This document shows, in pieces, positions 26,312-39,405 of a stretch of DNA of 64,000 bases. Below the pieces are notes generated by a model. It saw only the letters and a list, made by a program, of their open reading frames with translations. It did no database searches and was not told where the DNA came from. The DNA is from Eledone cirrhosa. Lineage: Eukaryota. Made by a program: the position numbers and the translations under genes. Where the stretch lies: contig OZ024740.1 of assembly GCA_964016885.1 (NCBI GenBank), forward strand, positions 349,680,001-349,744,000, in the 5' to 3' direction. Position 1 is the stretch's first letter. The number at the start of each line of letters is the position of its first letter.

Positions 26312-26513
26312 TGAATGTAAATTCAAACTGAGCTGGAGGGAAAAAGAAAAAGTAAAATCTGAGACTTGTTGATACCAAATCGCCTGAAACTGCCTCCATT
26401 TCTACAATTCTAAGTTGTTTGTTTTAAAGTCTTTATATTTATCTAAAAGCTTTACCTCATAATTTTTCTTTATGAACCTTTGTTATGTTATGCTTTTAAA
26501 AACTAGATTAATG

Positions 26514-26541
26514 ATTTCTACTATAGGCACAAGGCCAGCAT

Positions 26542-26572
<31 letters not shown>

Positions 26573-26710
26573 GTCGATTAAATCGACCCCAGTGCATTAC
26601 TGATGCTTTATTTTATCGACTACGTGAGGATTAAAGGCAAGGCTAACCTCAGCGGGATTTTAACTCTACGCTGCAAAACATAGCATCTGACCCTCTACCG
26701 ATACTGCCAA
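26514..26710 (-). mobile_element. SINE family B (tRNA-like head)
   Basis: Reverse complement of 52495-52666 and 58815-58988. Confidence 0.7.
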
Positions 26711-27253
26711 CCCACTGGATTAATAATGAGTCAGTTATATTACTAAATTCTTCCAAATTCTTGATTATTTTCAAAATAATATGAAATTACTGGTAGTATT
26801 TTTCATCAGAAATATGATAACAAAATTTTTAAGGCATTCACACAAAAGGGATTTGACAAACACCGACACATACCCTACATTAGCTGTTAACTCACTCTGA
26901 ACTTGGGGTACCATAGCACATCACACACCCAGTGCACTAACAGCAATATAGCCAGCATAGAATGAAAGAAAAAATAATCATTTAGCAAAATTTTAAATGT
27001 TCCTTATTCTTCACCAGAATCACATTTCAAGAGAGACTTCACGGATTCTGGGAATTTGTTACAGGGAGAAGTGAAAATGAGAGGAACACAAGCCGAGAGA
27101 TAACTGCCAAAACAATTTATTCTACCTCCCTCCCAAGGGAGGCCAATAGTTGAAGTAACTACTAGATTGGTATATATGATATATAGTTAAAATTAAAATG
27201 CCTTGTGGTACATGTAATGTGTCTGTCTATAAGTGTGTGTGTGTGTGTGTGTG

Positions 27254-27302
<49 letters not shown>

Positions 27303-27709
27303 GTTTATGTGTGCATATGTGGGGTGTATATTTTATGAAATTCGTTATCCAGTCTTATCAGGCTCTAGTAAAAAAGACTTTATGCATAATCAAAACACAT
27401 GGGAAAACACGACATGGTAAGCAGCAAGCTACTGGGAAATGTTGATGATAATGAATATGATGAGGATGACAATTTCCACGATTATGATGATGCTGCAACA
27501 AAAGTTTAAACATTCATAAATACAGCCTTATTTTCAAAAAAAATGGGGACATGTGTATATAATATATATGTATATACACAGAGCCATACACACACATACA
27601 TAGAATATATTTAATTATAGGATCAAAAGAAAGGGGAAAAAATGACAATTATGCTGATACTGTAATATATAGTATAATAATTATAGAAGTGCTTACTTCT
27701 CTGTAAGAG

Positions 27710-27747
<38 letters not shown>

Positions 27748-27753
<6 letters not shown>

Positions 27754-27931
27754 ACAGTCAGAACCCCGACAGCTGAGCTCCAGCGGTTTCGACAGCTAGA
27801 TCTGTCGAAATGGCTGAAGCTCAGCCATCGGAATCCTGACTCTTTTCATATTACCCACTCTACTACCTTAAGTATCGAGTACTCTGGTGCGTTATGGTCC
27901 ACCTGGTATCTTACCACACTTTCTTTGTTTT
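27748..27931 (+). mobile_element. Fold-back element family B (HHR stem III half plus tail), older copy
   Basis: Imperfect palindrome 27748-27851 with GAAATGGC...GCCATC; tail TTACCCACTCTAC...ATCGAGTACTCTGGTGCGTTATGGTCCACCTGG shared with 52313 and 53091. Confidence 0.75.
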
Positions 27932-27936
27932 ATATA

Positions 27937-29950
27937 TCATCATCATCATCGTTTAACGTCCATCTTCCACGCTTGCATGGGTTTGGACAGGAATTGTCCC
28001 ACTTGAGGCAAGATTGATTGTCTTACTCGTATAGGACTGTCTGGCGGGTTTTCTACGGCTGGATGCCCTTCCTAACACCAACCACGTTTACAGTGTGGAC
28101 TGGGAAGTTTTTACCGTGTTACCTACACGGCCACATTACAGCGTGGACTGTGTGTTTTTTTGTCGTGACACCTACACGACCTCATTTATTTCAGACTGGA
28201 TGTTGTGGTACCAACATAACTTTACATCGAAAGGGGTGGTGTGGATGGGGTGGGGGTAGTGGGACGGGGGTGTATTTTTGTTAAGAGGTGCCTACTGACT
28301 GTAGGTTTCACTTTGTACTTAGGTAAGGCGGGTCTTCTATATTACTGTGTAACGCCAACGATCTCGGTCCAGTGACATTGTCTTGGAGAGGTGTAAGTGT
28401 GTGAGGTCGGAATTTATCAAGTCGTCCCAGGTTTTTCTGGGTCTGCCTATTCCGTGGCTACCGTCTATTTTTATCGCCCTGCACTTTTTTATACAGCTGT
28501 CGTCTTTCATGCGCATCACGTGACCATACCAACATAGTCTTCTCTCGAGTAAACAACATCTGATTCCTCTTATTCCTAATTTCTCCCTTAGTTCATTTAT
28601 GCTTTGCCGTTCACGTATATTACTATTACACATCCAACGGAGCATACAAGCTTCGTTTCTCTCCAGTCTGCGTATATCCTCTGCACACAATACCCAAGTC
28701 TCACTGCCATGTAACATTGCTGTTCGTATGCAGGCATCATACAGCCTGCCTTTCATTTTTAGAGAGAACCCTTTAGCGGCCAATAATGGTATAAGCTCTC
28801 TGAACTTTTTCCATCCCGTTCTGACTCTAGCTACTGTACTTTCAGAGCACTCTCCACCACTGCTGATTTTGTCACCCAGGTAACGGAAGGTGTCCACTAT
28901 TTCTATAGAACCATCTGTGCAATGGAATGAGCTAGTATTCTGTGGGCACTTGCTGCTACTTATTGCACCTGAGCACCAGCCACATATAAGATCTATATTC
29001 TTAGTTAGCTTACCTGTGATCCCACTACATCTTTTATGCACCCATACTTTGCATTTGGGACATAAAATGGAGTTTCTGCCTACTCCTTTCCTACACACTT
29101 AGCATGGCCATTTCCCAGACGGGACCAGTGCCCTATTTTCCTTCCTACAAACTATAACTTTAGTCTTAGACAGGTTAATTTTAAGGCCTTTTGATTCTAG
29201 GCCATGCTTCCATGTTTGGAATTTCTTCTCTAGTTCAGCCATTGATTCAGCTATGAGTGTTAGATCATCTGCATATAGGAGTTCCCATGGGCAGCCGGTC
29301 TTGAACTCCTCTGTTATAGCCTGAAGAGCAATAAATAGTAGGGGGCTAAGGATGGAGCCCTGATGAACACCAACTTTTATGCTAAACTCTTCACTATATT
29401 CGTTGTTAATTCTAACCTTGCTAACTGTTTCTTTATACATGGCTTGTATAGCTCTCACAAGCCATTCATCAACACCTAGTTTTCTAAGAGCCCACCAGAT
29501 AATGGAGCGGGATACTCTGTCAAAGGCTTTCTCCAAGTCAACAAAAGCTAAGTATAGGGGTTTACTTTTAGCGAGGTACTTCTCCTGTAGTTGTCGTACA
29601 ATGAAAAGAGTGTCTGTTGTACTTTTACCTGACACAAACCCGAACTGCATTTCATCTAGAACAATTCGCTCTCTGAATAGTTGCGCTATTACTTTTTCTG
29701 TGACCTTCATGACCTGGTCAATTAATTTAATGCCTCTATAGTCTATAGTTACCCCTATCTAGGGAATCTCCTTTACCCTTGTAGCAGTTAATGATGATGC
29801 TGCTACGCCAGTTCTTCGGAATGACCCCATTCTGTATGACTTGGTTTACTATCCGGGTGACCATAGTGTGTCCCACCGTTCCAGATGCTTTCAGCATTTC
29901 AACAACTATTTCCGAAGACCCAGCCGCCTTGCCTGTCTTCATATCTTAGA
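27937..29950 (-). mobile_element. 5'-truncated RTE LINE (subfamily 1), disrupted by stops and frameshifts
   Basis: Three RT ORF pieces (29736-29942, 29099-29710, 28337-29098) homologous to 3103-4467; (CAT)n tail at 27937-27950. Confidence 0.95.
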
Positions 29951-29952
29951 TC

Positions 29953-30867
29953 TATTGGGGTGGGGGCCCTGTAGAAACAGTTGACAGCTTCTGCTACCTA
30001 GTTGACCGAATTAATAACGGAGGTGGGTGTTCAGAAAGTGCAATAACTAGGGTAAGAATGGGATGGAAGAAGTTCAGGGAACTACTACCACTGCTAGCTG
30101 CAAAAGGCTTCTCCCTCAGAATGAAAGGCAGACTGTATGATGCGTGTATCCGAACAGCAATGTTGCATGGTAGCGAGACCTGGGCGCTGAAGGTGGAAGA
30201 CTTACGTAGATTAGAGAGAAACGAAGCCTGCATGCTCCGATGGATGTGTAACAATAATATACGTGAACGACAAAGCATAAATGAATTGAGAGAGAGACTG
30301 AGCATAAGAGGAATCAAATGCTGTGTGCAGGAGAGGCGGTTGCGCTGGTATGGACATGTGATGCGTATGAAGGATGATAGCTGCATAAAAAGGTGCAGAG
30401 CACTAGAAGTTGATGGAAACCGCGGAGTGGGGAGACCCAAGATGACCTGGGATGAGGTGATAAAAGCCGACCTTACCCAATTACACCTCTCAAAGACAAT
30501 GACACACGACCGTGACTTCTGGCGTCACGCAGTAATACAGAGTACCCGACCTCCCATGGGTACAAGCTGAAGCATATAGACAATATGCCCCCACCGCAAG
30601 GTGGTCGTGGAGGTGCCACGGAAAAAAAAGCACCCAGCCCACACTGTAAAGTGGACGTGTAGGCGCCACGGAAAAAAAGTACCCAGCACTCACTGTAAAT
30701 GAGGTTGGTGTTAGGAAGGGCATCCAGCTGTAGAAATCAAGCCAAATCAGCTCCTGTATGAGCAAGGCATGGTCAGCCGACCAGACACTGCCCACAACAG
30801 GACAACCCGTCTAACCCATGCTAGCGTGGAAGAACGGACGTAAAACGGTGATGATGATGATGATGAT
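29953..30867 (+). mobile_element. 5'-truncated RTE LINE (subfamily 2) with (GAT)n tail
   Basis: ORF 30058-30570 [12 protein letters not shown]...HGSETW...[10 protein letters not shown]...GRPKMTW; distinct 3' UTR; GATGATGAT end. Confidence 0.93.
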
Positions 30868-31024
30868 ATACACAGGCTATAAAGCCACTGTCATTAGGAA
30901 GGGCATCCAGTTGTAGAAACCAAGCAAAAAAAAGCGTATGAGTTATCTAACCAGTCTAGCCTCAGCATGCGACAGCCGTCTAACCCATACAAGCATAGAA
31001 AATAGACGTTAGATGGTGATGATG

Positions 31025-31085
<61 letters not shown>

Positions 31086-31519
31086 TAGTGGACCTGTTCT
31101 GTCAATAATGACAGCAATAACATTGAACATATTTCATTTTTGGAGTCCTGTGGCGGTACACTATATATACCAGGATTACCAATATATGAACAATCATACA
31201 ATGTTTTTATAAATTATTGATTTGCATAAGAGAAACCCTATAATTTACTTTGATTACAGACATATGAAAGTGATTAAAGGTAAGAATGATATTTCTAAGA
31301 TATAATTACATAAATGTCCAGCATATATGTACAAATGACATACAGGATTAAATGTATGAGTAGCTTTGGGGAAATAACTATTTAGAGGGACAAATGTAGG
31401 GTTAGAATCCAAGACCTTATGACTGAAAAGTGAACTTTTTATAGCAACATGACTGAGATAGGGAATGTGTTGTGTATCTGTATGTTTGTTTTTATAAGTT
31501 TTAAAGAGTTACAAACAGA

Positions 31520-31975
31520 TTATCATCATGATTTAACATCCTTTTCAACACTTACATGGGTTAGATGAGTTGTCACATTATGAGACAAGTCATGTCAGAT
31601 GACCGCAGCTTGCTCAAATGGATCTGTATTTTGGCTTGGTTTCTATGGTTGGACACCCTTCCTAACACCAACCATGTTTCAGTGTTGACAGTGTGCTTTT
31701 TATCATGGCACCAAAACAACCATCTAACAGAGTGGACAGAGTGCTTTTTTGATGTGTCACCAGTATAACCACCTTACAGGGTGGACAAGAGTGTTTTTGT
31801 CGCCTCACCAGTATAACTACCTAACAGGTTGGATAGAGGTCTTTTTGTCGTGTCACCAACAAAATCACCATACAAGATGAACTGGGTGTTTTGGGGGTTT
31901 TTTTCGTGTCACCAACAACTACTTTATAGGGTGAACTAGGTGCTTTTTTACTCCTGTCACCAAAACAACCAAGCT
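31520..31975 (-). repeat. Decayed RTE/SINE 3' end with a ~45-bp unit expanded into a minisatellite
   Basis: About six copies of TCACCA..AACCACCT.ACAG.GTGGAC.G.GTG.TTTT following GGACACCCTTCCTAACACCAACCA; the unit matches the RTE 3' UTR repeat. Confidence 0.6.
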
Positions 31976-33819
31976 CCAGTAAGAAATGGATACAAGACAG
32001 GATGATTCATCTTTATATATCTATGCTAGCATGGAAAAATGGATGTAAAATGGTGATGATGATGATGATGATGATGGGGGGGGGGTACATAAATACAGTG
32101 TTTATGAATGAATATAATTATCTAATAGGTTGAGAGATGAAAGGAAATTAAAAGAAAAAATATTACATTTTAGACTGAAGAAATTCCTAACCCCCATCCC
32201 TGCCTCTCTATCCTGACCCACTTTGGATGAGAATGCTTTTATTTAGTGTAGTGGGGGAAGAACTAGAACTCATGATCCTTGCAAGCCCTTCATGACTTAA
32301 GATTGATGTGATTGGTGATGGTGCTAAGTTTGCATGTTGCATCTAACTCTAACAATTACGACAATCCACTGCCCAAGGTACTTTTTATTTTATCGAAGTC
32401 CATCCAAAAAATGAAAAGCAAAGTTGACCTTGGAGTACAGATAGCCAAAACAAATACTACAAGGTATTTTGTCCAACACACTAACAACTCTGCCAATTCA
32501 ACACTGGGTAATGTTCAATTCATGTTTACATTATATGAGAATTAAAGAGTAGGTGTTATAATAGCCCCTACAAGCAGGTCAATTTCTCCAATAAAGATAC
32601 ACATATCTACATATGAAATGGCTGAATGTCTGCTAGTGCTAGCTGCTCAAGTGTTGAGTTCATATTCATTGTAGGTTGTTGTTTAACCTCAGTTCAACTT
32701 TGATCAAGCAAACTTTTATGATCAAAGACATTCCAGCCTTGATCACCTTGTCATTTTAGGGGTACAACTAGAATTTGATTATTCCATGTTTCTTTTCTTA
32801 ATTTAAGACAGTAGGATATGATTTGATGGTGACTTACCTATTTCTAGCAAGAAGAATTACTACATAGAAGCCCACAGACTCAGACTGTTTGTTTGTTTGT
32901 TTTTTATTTGGAATTTCTAAGACTACATTTTAAAAAAATGTTTACTTCCATTTTTTCAAAAGATTGGGGGGGGGGGGGGGGGGGCCTGCAGTCGATTTGG
33001 CTATTATTTTTATTAACTCCTATTATCTGATAGAGGCTGACTGACCTTGTTAGATGAAATTGAGATTTTATGGTGGGATAATTTGTTCTGCTACAGAAAA
33101 AAAATACACAACAGTGTTCATCCAATTGGCTATGTTGATCCTACATTTACTACAATACTTAAATACCCACAAACTCCATTGGCTGACATTAAATATGAAG
33201 TGGAAAAGGGAAAAAAAAACTAAATTATTCATTGTGATTCTTGGCTTCTTTGACCTTGCCCTTTCAATGATTCACAGACACACACATGCATGTATATTGT
33301 ATATGCTTGTATGTGTGTGTGTATGTTTGTAAGGCTACATGTGCCTATGAAACGAACAAAAAGGAAAAAAAAAAAACATAACACTGTATTAAATTGTCAA
33401 AGATAAAAAAAAATCTGGAAAGAACTATTTAATTCCTTTGTGATGCAGTCATCACATGCTGTAGATTATCAACATCAATTCATCAATTCAATGTTGACCT
33501 ACATCCAATTTCAAAGAAAAGTAATTAATATATTTGACCTATTTCTTCTGAACACAACAACAGGATGGATAATTAAAAATAAAAAAAAAGAAGGGGATTG
33601 ACCAAAGCTTTTAAAATATTACTCACCCCTACCAAAAATTAAGGGGAAATATGTTCATATGTTCCCACAGGCATGGATGTGTATTTAAGAAGTAATGTTA
33701 CAAGCATCATGGTTTTGGGTTCAGTCACACTTAGTCCAAGCAATATTTTGAGATTCAATGTTATTGATAGAAATAGTAAAAAAACTTCATCACCTATGTA
33801 TCTCTCTCTCATACCCACC

Positions 33820-33850
<31 letters not shown>

Positions 33851-35026
33851 GTATAAAACCTGCGGCTCAGTAGTTACCAATGATGTTGATCTTTTCTTCT
33901 TTCCGGGTTATAGCAACTGTTGCTCAGAGAGTGGGATTGGCTCAGTGCACAGTCTTTCCTCATTTAAAAAAAAATCTTCACGCACAGGCATTGCATGATA
34001 GAATTAATTAATAATGGTATATTGTCAATGGCCATACTCGATAACGAAGGGGCAGCCATCATATATATGTGTATATATATGTAGTATGTATGTGTTTATA
34101 TGTATCTTTATATATTTGTATGTATGTATGTATGTATGTATGTATGTATGTATGTATGTATGTATGTATATACATACATACATACATACATACATACATA
34201 CATACATACATACATACAAATATATAAAGATACATATAAACACATACATACTACATATATATAAAAACAAAACCTGTCAAAGGGCAAAGGAGCTCGTAAG
34301 AGTCAATGACCATCCAAAATCACCGGGAGAGATGACCCCTTAGCCTTTGTCAAGGCAGAATTCTAGGAGAAGGAAAACTCTGATATAACACCTGCAACCC
34401 TGATGGTATCCAATGATGTTGACTTGTTCTTCTTTTTGGTAAATATCATCTTGGTTAAGAGAGTGGGACTGGCTTTGTGCAGTGCCTTTGCTCACTATAA
34501 AAGCTTCACGGCACAGGCATTGCTTTATATCTGGAGATCTCTCTGCACTTGTCGTCACATGGTACCATGGGCCCAGCACTATGTGTCAATAATTGTCACA
34601 GGTGTAGTGTTTGTACCAGAGTTTTCAAGTCGCTGGCTGGACTAAAAAGTCACACTCGTTCAGCGCATCGGTAGGGGTTCTCCTACATGGATATAAAGTA
34701 GTGGCCGTACTCGAAAACGAGTTGGCAGCCACCATGTATGTATGTATATACATACATACATACATACATACAAATATATAAAGATACATATAAACACATA
34801 TATATGATGGCTGCCCCTTCGTTATCGAGTATGGCCATTGACAATATACCATTATTAATAATTATTAATTAATTCTATCATGCAATCCCTGTGCGTGAAG
34901 ATTTTTTTTAAAATGAGGAAAGACTGTGCACTGAGCCAATCCCACTCTCTGAGCAACAGTTGCTATAACCCCGGAAAGAAGAAAAGATCAACATCATCGG
35001 TAACTACTGAGCTGCAGGTTTTATAC
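33851..35026. repeat. Nested inverted-repeat structure: ~210-bp outer arms, internal ~190-bp palindrome, and retroposon copy D
   Basis: 33851-34061 is the reverse complement of 34806-35026; 34072-34263 is a spacer-less palindrome centred at 34169/34170. Confidence 0.9.
34262..34746 (+). mobile_element. ~600-bp retroposon, copy D (5'-truncated) with (ATGT)n tail
   Basis: Reverse complement of ~20159-20633; ends CAGCCACC-ATGTATGTATG. Confidence 0.8.
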
Positions 35027-35387
35027 ATACATAGTTACATACACACATGCATAAAAAGTTACAATGATATGGAGAGCATATCATACATAAATATGAAAGA
35101 GTACTAGTGGAATGTTCCAGTTAAAACACCAATAAAATGCTAACATAACAGACCAGACTTAATGATATGGAACAGAGAAAAAAAGGTATGCACATTAAGT
35201 GGAAATTAGCTGCCCAGTAGATGTCAATAGAATGCTAAAGATTAGCAAAAAAGATTGCTCAGTTCTTTGAGGACATCTCTTAATAACTCTTTCTTCTAAC
35301 TTGTCCTGATTATTATTTCTTTTCAGATAAATTATAACTGACATCAAGCTAACTCAGAAAATACAAAATCACACTGTAATCATTGCC

Positions 35388-35607
35388 TTAATCATTTAGC
35401 ATTTATACTGGCTGTATCCTCTCACCTCTTTCTGTTCAAACTGGCTGTAACCAGCCACTCATACTGATGTAAAGGTATTATTCTCAAAATAAATAATATC
35501 AAAATCTCATAGATTCAATATTATGTGAGATAATTATGTGAGGTTAAGCTTTTTTACTGGGAAAATACAATAGTAAATATAGAGTAATGGAAATGCTAAA
35601 GGGTTAA
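35388..35607. mobile_element. piggyBac-type MITE
   Basis: TTAA...TTTAGCATTT / AAATGCTAAAGGG-TTAA termini; homologous to the 37002-37679 copies. Confidence 0.7.
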
Positions 35608-35639
35608 AGTGGTTTAGAGGTAGTTTAATTCCTGAATAT

Positions 35640-35925
35640 TACACAGTTGTTTGTTGTCAAAGTTCACAAAGGGCTTGAAGTCACTGCTGGGGACTCTATA
35701 GCAGTAACCAAACATAAAACACTTGCTAAAGGTTCTAATGCCATCAGAACACTCAAATTGATATGAAAAGTGCAGAAAATTATCAATAAGAACCCAGAAA
35801 ATTAATTAGCTCTATTGCTAAGCAGCTCAAGTTTCCGTGGTACACTATCTGAAGAATTGTGCATGAAGGCCTTTGATACGAATCATATGTGATACAGAGA
35901 GGCCAATTCATATCTGCAAAGACCA
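35640..35925 (+). pseudogene. Decayed Tc1/mariner-type transposase fragment (HTH region)
   Basis: With one frameshift reads KVQKIINKNPE/ISSIAKQLKFPWYTI*RIVHEGL*YESYVIQRGQFIS, resembling the second HTH of Tc1/mariner transposases. Confidence 0.6.
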
Positions 35926-36724
35926 TAACTTTCTTATAATTAAGCTTAAATTTGAAACATAACAAAAGTACTTAAAAGTACTAAAATTACGTACATGGGT
36001 TTTTAGCTAAATATAAACACTTTAAAATAAACAGTTTTGTATCGTAGAACCAGAGGCAGTTTCAGAAAGGTTTGTATCAAATGTGTTAAATGTAACAAAA
36101 ATAGTTTTAAAAAGAAAATTTATTTATTCAGATAAAAATATATTTATATATATTTTTTTTCCATTAAATTTTATTAAATGACACTTTAACTGTGGAAACC
36201 CAGAATATGTTAAAAGAACCCACAATGAGAAATACTGCTTCAAGTTGAATTTAGCTAAAACACACAACTAATCATGACAAATATGATTTTATGTACATAG
36301 AACATCAGGAAGCACTTCAAGCCCATTTTTCCTGCTAAAGAAGGGATTAACATTGCAGGTGAAGGGAGTATGTCAGGCTTTTCCATTTTGCCCTATCTTT
36401 TACATCCCTCCTCACCAACCCCTAACTTTCATTTCCTCCATCTTTTTTAACCATGAGCTTCTTGGTCTTCCATATTCATTTCCATCACTCCTCTCACCAA
36501 ATTACTTTCATCCTTCTTCAACACATGAGCCAACAATCTAATTACATTTCTCTTCACAATATTCATTACTGGGTTCTATTCTCATCATTCTCTGGAAAAA
36601 CTGGGGGGGGGGGGGTTAAAAGAAAGTCCCAGTCAAGTATTAGGGATTGATATAATTGATTTCCCCCACCCCCAAAATTGCTGGCTATGTGCTTACATTA
36701 GAAAATATTATTATTATTATTGGT

Positions 36725-36932
36725 AATGTGGCCGTGTAGGCAACACGGTAAAACCCTCCCAGCCCCACACTGTAAATGTGGTTGGTGTTAGGAAGGGCAT
36801 CCAGCTGTAGAAAACCCGCCAGACAGTCCTATGCGAGCAAGACAATCACTCTTGCCTCAAGTGGGAAAACCCCCGTCCAAACCCATGCAAGCGTGGAACA
36901 CGGATGTTAAACGTTGATGATGATGATGATGA
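36725..36932 (+). mobile_element. RTE 3' UTR terminal fragment with (GAT)n tail
   Basis: Reverse complement of ~2598-2810. Confidence 0.9.
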
Positions 36933-37001
36933 TTAACTCCTCCCCAAATTGTTGGTCACATGCCTAAATTAGAAACCAAATGCAGAGGATTGGCAGAATC
37001 A

Positions 37002-37679
37002 TTAGCCCTATAGTATTTAAACCGGCCAGAATTCTCTCACCTCTTTCTGTTCAAACCAGCTGTAACTGGCCACTCATACTGGTGTTAAGGTATTGTTCTC
37101 AAAATAAATAATAACAAAATCTCATAGATTCAATATTATGTGAGGTAAAGCCTTTACCATGAAAATATAATAGCAAATATGGAGTAATGTAAATGCTAAA
37201 GAGTTAAAGCTTCAGGTAAACTGCTTTGCAGTATTTGTTCAGGTTCTTTAACTCTTTAGCATTTAAACTGGCCATAATTCTCTCACCTCTTTCTGATCAA
37301 ACCGGCTGCTCATACTGATGTTAAGGTATTGTTCTCAACATAAATAATATAAAAATCTCATAGATTTGATATTATGTGAGGTAAAGCCTTTACCATGAAA
37401 ATATAATAGCAAATATGGAGTAATGTAAATGCTAAAGAGTTAAAGCTTCAGGTAAACTGCTTTGCAGTATTTGTTCAGGTTCTTTAACTCTTTAGCATTT
37501 AAACTGGCCATAATTCTCTCACCTCTTTCTGATCAAACCGGTTGCTCATACTGATGTTAAGGTATTGTTCTCAACATAAATAATATAAAAATCTCATAGA
37601 TTTGATATTATGTGAGGTAAAGCCTTTCCCATAAAAATGTAATAGTAAATATAGAGTAATGTAAGTGCTAAAGAGTTAA
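37002..37679. mobile_element. Three piggyBac-type MITE copies (37002-37207, 37248-37443, 37484-37679) inserted in a SINE-B
   Basis: TIRs TTAACTCTTTAGCATTTA/TAAATGCTAAAGAGTTAA; identical 40-bp spacers are SINE-B sequence, which resumes at GTTCTGAGTTCAAATCCC (37680). Confidence 0.85.
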
Positions 37680-37965
37680 GTTCTGAGTTCAAATCCCACC
37701 GGGTCAACTCTGCCACTTTATGCTGCTGAGATTGATAAAATAGACTACTAGGCAAGTACTTGGGGTAATTATTTAACCCTTCCCCCTTCAGGGGATTGGC
37801 AGAATTGTTAGAGCATTGGATAAGATGCCTTGCCATATTTGTTCTGGATTTGCATTATGAGGGGTTTTGGGGACTGAAAGGAATTATAGGCAATGCCCTT
37901 CCCAAGTTCTCTAAACAATAAAAAAAATTAAAAAAATATACACTGTCAGGTTCCGGAAAGATGGT

Positions 37966-38199
37966 TAACTCTTTCATTACCATATTCCTAATGAAAAACA
38001 CTGCCTATGCTTTTCAAATAATTTTGAAAATAATCAAGAATTTGAAGGATTTAGTATTATAACTAGTTTTCTCATTAAGCATGATTTAACAATAATCCTT
38101 ACATAAAATTATGATAGGTTTTTTTTTAAGAGAAATATAAACATTTAAAAACAGTTTTGTATCATAAAACCAGGGGCAGTTTGGTATGAAAAGGGTTAA
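37966..38199. mobile_element. Second TTAA-flanked MITE
   Basis: TTAACTCTTTCATTACCA ... TGGTATGAAAAGGGTTAA imperfect TIRs. Confidence 0.6.
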
Positions 38200-38383
38200 A
38201 TAAATACTAATCAAGTACTGGTAATACTAATTAATAAGTACTAATGAAGGACTCGTGACGGTAGATGATTAAACAGGCACTTCTCAAGTACTAGAGGTGA
38301 TAAAATAGGTACTTATCAATAGGTGGAGTGGGGGGATGATTAAACTGACTAAACACCTCCTACATTTTTTTGCCTTCTACCTT

Positions 38384-38660
38384 GTGAAGGTACGTGGCCT
38401 AGTGGTAAGGGTGTTGGACTTACGATCATAATGCTGTTGGTTTGATTCCTGGGCTGGGTTGCGTGTTGTGTTCTTGAGCAAAATACTTTATTTCACATTA
38501 CTCCAGTATACTCAGCTAAAAATGTTTATCAGCAATAGCTGGGGGTCTAACCCTGTGATGGACTGGCATCCTGTCCGGGGGCTCTTGTACTCTCAGTCAC
38601 TTCACGTCATGAAACCAGCATAAGCACTAGCCTAACGAGACTTCTGGATTAAGAGAGACT
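38384..38660 (+). mobile_element. tRNA-derived CORE-like SINE
   Basis: A box TGGCCTAGTGG, B box GGTTTGATTCC, then TGTGTTCTTGAGCAAAATACTTTA (CORE-like); related copies at 24720 and 61588. Confidence 0.7.
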
Positions 38661-39405
38661 TTAGACTTTAGATCTATCTATGCGAGGCAAAGAATTGCCA
38701 GAGTTGTTAATGTGTCAAATTAAATGCTGTGATATTTGTTTCAGCTCACTGCATTCTAAGTTCAAATCCTGCAGGGGTCAACTTTGCCTTTTATCTTTTT
38801 AAGGTCCATAAATAAAGTACCAGTCCAGTACTGAGGTCAATCTTTTCTCTATAACTCTTTCTCACTTCTTTGTCGTGTTTTCTTTTCCCATTCCTTCTCT
38901 GGAAGAAATCAAGTTGTTTTCCAACCTGGAGAGAGAGATGAGTTATACCAGGTTTGAAAAACCTAAGACACACCCTGTGTTATGATGGTGCCCTAACAAC
39001 TACATCTGGAGTTAAGGGCCTTTTCCTTTCCTTTCCTGTCTCTGCTAGAAATCTTCATCATCATCTTTCTTCTGGCCACTCTCGCATGATAGGAACTGGT
39101 GGTTTGTGTTGGACTCACTATTATAAGATCGGACACTTCATTTCACATTGCTTTTCATAATAGGTCTGTGGCTCCGATCATTAAAACACTAAAAAAAAAC
39201 ATAGGTATGAGTTGCAAATTTCATTTTTGATTTTTTTTTTTAAATGCCTTGTTAGATTTAATTATATATCTTTACAACAAAGGTTAACTTTGCCTGTCTT
39301 TGTTCTGGGATCAATAGAATGAAGTATCAGATAAAAGTCCTGGGATCAGTATAATCTGTTCCTGCCACTAAAATATCTGGCCTTGTATCTAAGCTAGAAA
39401 TAATG

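Noticed and set aside
31680-31975. CRISPR-like periodic repeats (also the 49-52-kb anchors)
   Set aside because: Eukaryotic context, degenerate units without unique spacers, and no cas genes.
38384-38460. tRNA gene
   Set aside because: A and B boxes are present but there is no intact cloverleaf, and it continues into a SINE body.
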